64,000 nt of DNA from the human T2T-CHM13v2.0 reference genome, Homo sapiens. The stretch's first letter is position 1; each line of letters opens with the position of its first letter. The notes beneath the pieces are model-generated. The model did no database searches. It had not been told where the DNA came from and saw nothing but the letters and a program-made list of their open reading frames with translations. The stretch lies in NCBI RefSeq assembly GCF_009914755.1, contig NC_060935.1; one strand, written 5' to 3'. Position numbers and translations under genes: made by a program. Shown here piece after piece: positions 60,425-64,000 of this stretch.

Positions 60425-61094
60425 ACAATGAGAACACATGGACACAGGAAGGGGAACATCACACACCAGGGACTGTTGTGGGGTGGGGGGAGGGGGGAGG
60501 GATAGCATCAAGAGATATACCTAATGCTAAATGACGAGTTAGTGGGTGCGGCACACCAACATGGCACATGTATACATATGTAACAAACCTGCACGTTGTG
60601 CACATGTACCCTAAAACTTAAAGTATAATAATAATAAAATAAAAAAAAATGCAAAAAAAGAGAAAGAAATGGCTTTAAAGACCACACACACACAAAAAAG
60701 GTAGGGATAGGGGGTGTCTCTTCTCCAATAGCCTCATCATTGTGATCATGAAGAAGAGAAAATATGCAGATTCCAACTATCACAACCAGGCTAGGGGAAA
60801 AGAATGGTGAGAAAAATCCAAGCATGCAAAATAGACGGAACGAGGCAAACAGCCAGGCAGTGGTAGGAAGTCTTCAGGCAGATGGCCGGGCCTTACCCCT
60901 GGGTTGGGATTCAGGTAGGACTCCAGCCTCCACACTGGGGACTTAAAAGTGCAAACCCCACACTCAAGGGTGCTGAGAGGGACACAAGAGTATCAGCAAG
61001 GACAGGATCCAGGCACCAATACTGAGGGCACAAGGAAGGGCTGGGCTAGATGGCATTGCACTGTGGTCACCAGTCGTAGGGCCAGAGAATGAAG

Positions 61095-61310
61095 TTAGTA
61101 TGGGTTGCATCCTTAGCTCTGTCACTTATTACCTCCATGACCTTGGGAAAGCCACTGTACTTCTCTAGGCTTCAGTTTTCTCATCTGTAAACTGAGGATA
61201 GTAATGTGTACCTTAGAGAACTGCTGGGAGAATTAAATTAACTATCGCATGCTTAGCACAGTGTCTGGCACATAGCAGACACTCAAAAAAATGATAGCCA
61301 TTATTATCAC
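61095..61310 (+). mobile_element. MIR
   Basis: atgaccttggg...cttcagttttctcatctgtaaa...cttagcacagtgtctggcacatag. Confidence 0.85.
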
Positions 61311-61639
61311 AAAAATCAGTAGAAGCCAGTTTAATCAGAAAAAGGACACAACGAAAGAAGCATATTATCCAGATTAGCGTTGAGAGCAAATTGATTTTTA
61401 ATCACACACAGTGGAGTTTGAGCTCTTTAAATTCCTCCTGCCCCAGGCCAAGATTAGTCCTAGCGCCTGGGAGCAGAGCTAAGTCCAGAGGTGATCAAGT
61501 GGCCCCAGCTGAGGACAAAGGGGGATAGCAAAGGCTGAGAGCTAGACAGGGCCTGACAGTAGCTTAGCCATCTTTGGGTAGGTTATAGGATAGCATCTGG
61601 AAAAGGGATATCACTTGTTCTCACTTCTGTCCCAGAGCA

Positions 61640-61860
61640 TATCTAAAGAGACAAATTACAGTTTAAAATAAGAACTTTCTAATAATTAGAATTATTTTCA
61701 ATGTAGAGCAGGTGGCACTGGAAAGGGGCAAGCTCAGTTTTATAGAAATGTTCCAGCAATGATGGATATGTGGAAGTTCTAAGAGGAGAAATCTGAGTTA
61801 GAAGTTACACTGGTTGACTTCTAAGGTGCTGTGGAGATGCTAAGGTACCATGCTCTGTTG
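61640..61860 (+). mobile_element. L3/CR1 fragment
   Basis: aagaactttctaataattaga...gacttctaagg. Confidence 0.45.
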
Positions 61861-62119
61861 GAATCATGCCAGCTTTTGAGCAAAAACCTAAGAAATTTCC
61901 AGCAAAGTTTCAGGGCTTAAACCTGGTCTGGTAGGTTTTGGTACCCTTGAGAGAATCACCTTTTCCAGGGCTTAATAGAGATGGTGGCCCTTCTGCAGGG
62001 CTGTCAGCTTCCCAATCACATTGTGCTGCTTCTGATCTTTGCAAAAAATGAGATAGTGGTGTTGCTGGGAATGGAGTGAGGGTGAAGGTGGGGGAGAAGG
62101 TGGCAAGAGAAGAGGAAGT

Positions 62120-62500
62120 GGGAAAAAAATAGATGCACTTTGAAGCCTGCAATTAGTTTGTACTGTGTTATTTCCATAAAGTAGACCTCACACTTGAGAT
62201 CTGAAAGGTAAATCATCGGAGATGTCAGAGCCTGACTATAAATAGCCAAGCTCCTGGGCTTATGGCTGCACCCTGGGGAGAGAGGCCGGCAGCGAGGTGC
62301 CCTGCTGGGGCTCTGGGGGTCAGGGCCACACTCCCTCAACTCATCCTTATTAATGCCAACTCCCAGAGAATCTTGATAGCTATTTATGCCCTGATCAACT
62401 GTAATTGCTGCACTCATCACAGGAAAACATCCTGCAGGAAGACTAACTTCACTAGACAAAGCTGCTGTATCCACCCAGTGGTTATAATCAAAAAGGTGTA
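62120..62500. promoter_or_regulatory. Candidate enhancer with MEF2 site
   Basis: Perfect MEF2 consensus CTATAAATAG at 62236-62245, second near-site gctatttatg. Confidence 0.3.
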
Positions 62501-63599
62501 ATCACAGGTTCCTCCCAGGAGCTGCCATGAGATCCTCCCTCTGGCGTCTCCCTCATTCTAGGATCTGTTTGTCTGGGCTCATCTTCAGGTAGCTGCTCCC
62601 AGCTTCCTCCTTGTAAATCAGACCATTCATCTCTCTGCCATGTCCACAGAAGGCCTGAGGAGGGACCAGGCCAGGCTGGTTTGCAAACAGAAGCTTGGGA
62701 ATCTCCAAACACACGCCCCTTGGAACAGGCTCATAATCTGATGGCATCTGCGAGCTGCAGCTCAAGCCAAGACTCCATACTGTGGGCTTCCTTGCACCAG
62801 CTCAGTGGCTTTCTCATCTGTGCATGTTCATTTATGTGCATGCATGCATGTGGGATGGGGCATGTCTGGGTGAGTTCATCTTCAGGTGCACCTTGCACAG
62901 TCTCCGGCCTCCACTGATAATGTATCTCATACATACTATGTGCAATTATCTGTCAAATGCTACAAATGTTGCAATGAATAAAACACATTTTAAAGTATGG
63001 CTTTTTGTCATTACATGGTTTCTTGATGAATCGATACTTAGAGAAAAACTACTTTGATGTGGGAGATTTCAAGGTATTTTTAGCATTAGAAAGAAGAAAA
63101 ACATTGGGAACCATTGCTTTACTAAGCAAAAATCCACATGAAGCCATTACGATAGGGCTGTTTTTATGCTGTGCATATTTCAGAAATTTAATATAAAGAT
63201 TAAACTTGCAGCTTGCACAATTAACAAAATGTGCAAAGAGAACCTTACGCTGTTCCTGAGTCTCACTCTATCTTTGACTGTACCTCTCTCCATGTGCAGC
63301 CTACTGCACAGGACCAGGCACATAAGACATATCAGTCAGAACTTGTTGACATGTTCCTTCCCTGAGCCTCTCTGCCCATTTTAGATCCCTAGGTCATCTC
63401 TAACTTCAGTTTTTCTGATTCTTGTAAACATTGAAAGCCACCCAGGTAAGATCAAGTGGGGTTCAGCAAGAACAAAATTATGCCCCAAGCTCCTTGACCT
63501 TATGAGCATTTCAATGGTTTCAATGGTTTGATGAAGGGGGTGGAAATGTTGTGGGATGGGTCTAGCTTAGGTCCCCTTCATATGAGTGATCCCTCTACC

Positions 63600-63780
63600 G
63601 GAGGGTATATTGCAAAGTGCATGGGCTTTAGAGCAGAAAAATATGCATGCCCATCCAGGCCCATCCATTATTAGCAGCAATTAACCTTAGGCAAATCACT
63701 TAGCCTTCATTTACTTGTCTACAAAACACCGTTACTGTAGGCTAGGCATGTATGTACCTATTAATGTAAGTTCACTTCCC
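63600..63780 (+). mobile_element. MIR
   Basis: catgggctttagagcaga...ccttaggcaaatcactt. Confidence 0.5.
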
Positions 63781-63904
63781 TTCTCCCTTATCGTTTGTCC
63801 AAAATTTGGTGAGTTTTTTGGTACTCCTAACTAATTTTGGGCAGCAGGCATAGTCCTTACCCTAAAGATAGACAGGTATAATGCAACTGGGCGAGTGATA
63901 TATG

Positions 63905-64000
63905 CAGGGCCAGTTTCATGGGTGTGTAGTCACTCAGTGCCCTGTGCTCAGAAGGACTCAGTCCGCAGTTTAAGGGACTGCTGTTACTGTCCTGAAGTTT
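63905..64000 (+). mobile_element. MER91A (hAT-Tip100), runs off window end
   Basis: cagggccagtttcatgggtgtg...ccctgtgctcagaagg. Confidence 0.6.

Overview
Human-type (primate; a human-specific AluYb8 is present) non-coding genomic DNA, apparently an intron or gene desert. I find no recognisable protein-coding exon and cannot name the locus from sequence alone. Roughly half is interspersed repeat: a full-length but dead L1PA4 (54.5-60.7 kb), a twin-primed (inverted) L1PA7/8, five Alus, many L2/MIR/L3 relics, MaLR/ERVL LTRs (MLT1A/D/J/K, MST, MLT2B) and DNA transposons (Tigger1, MER2, MER119, MADE2, MER91A). All long ORFs in the track are L1/Alu-derived or look like chance. The most interesting structures not explained by repeats are: (1) an old inverted duplication of unique-looking, homeodomain-motif-rich DNA (~7.1-7.5 kb vs ~9.9-10.3 kb) whose 106-bp core is ~90% identical with mostly G-U-compatible transitions; (2) a truncated MLT2B LTR followed by a CpG-retaining island with splice sites that join into one continuous ORF (speculative LTR-initiated transcript); (3) an L1PA4 lacking its 5' YY1 site and carrying a short 3' transduction. 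Repeat family names come from my recall of consensus sequences, and boundaries of old repeats are approximate.
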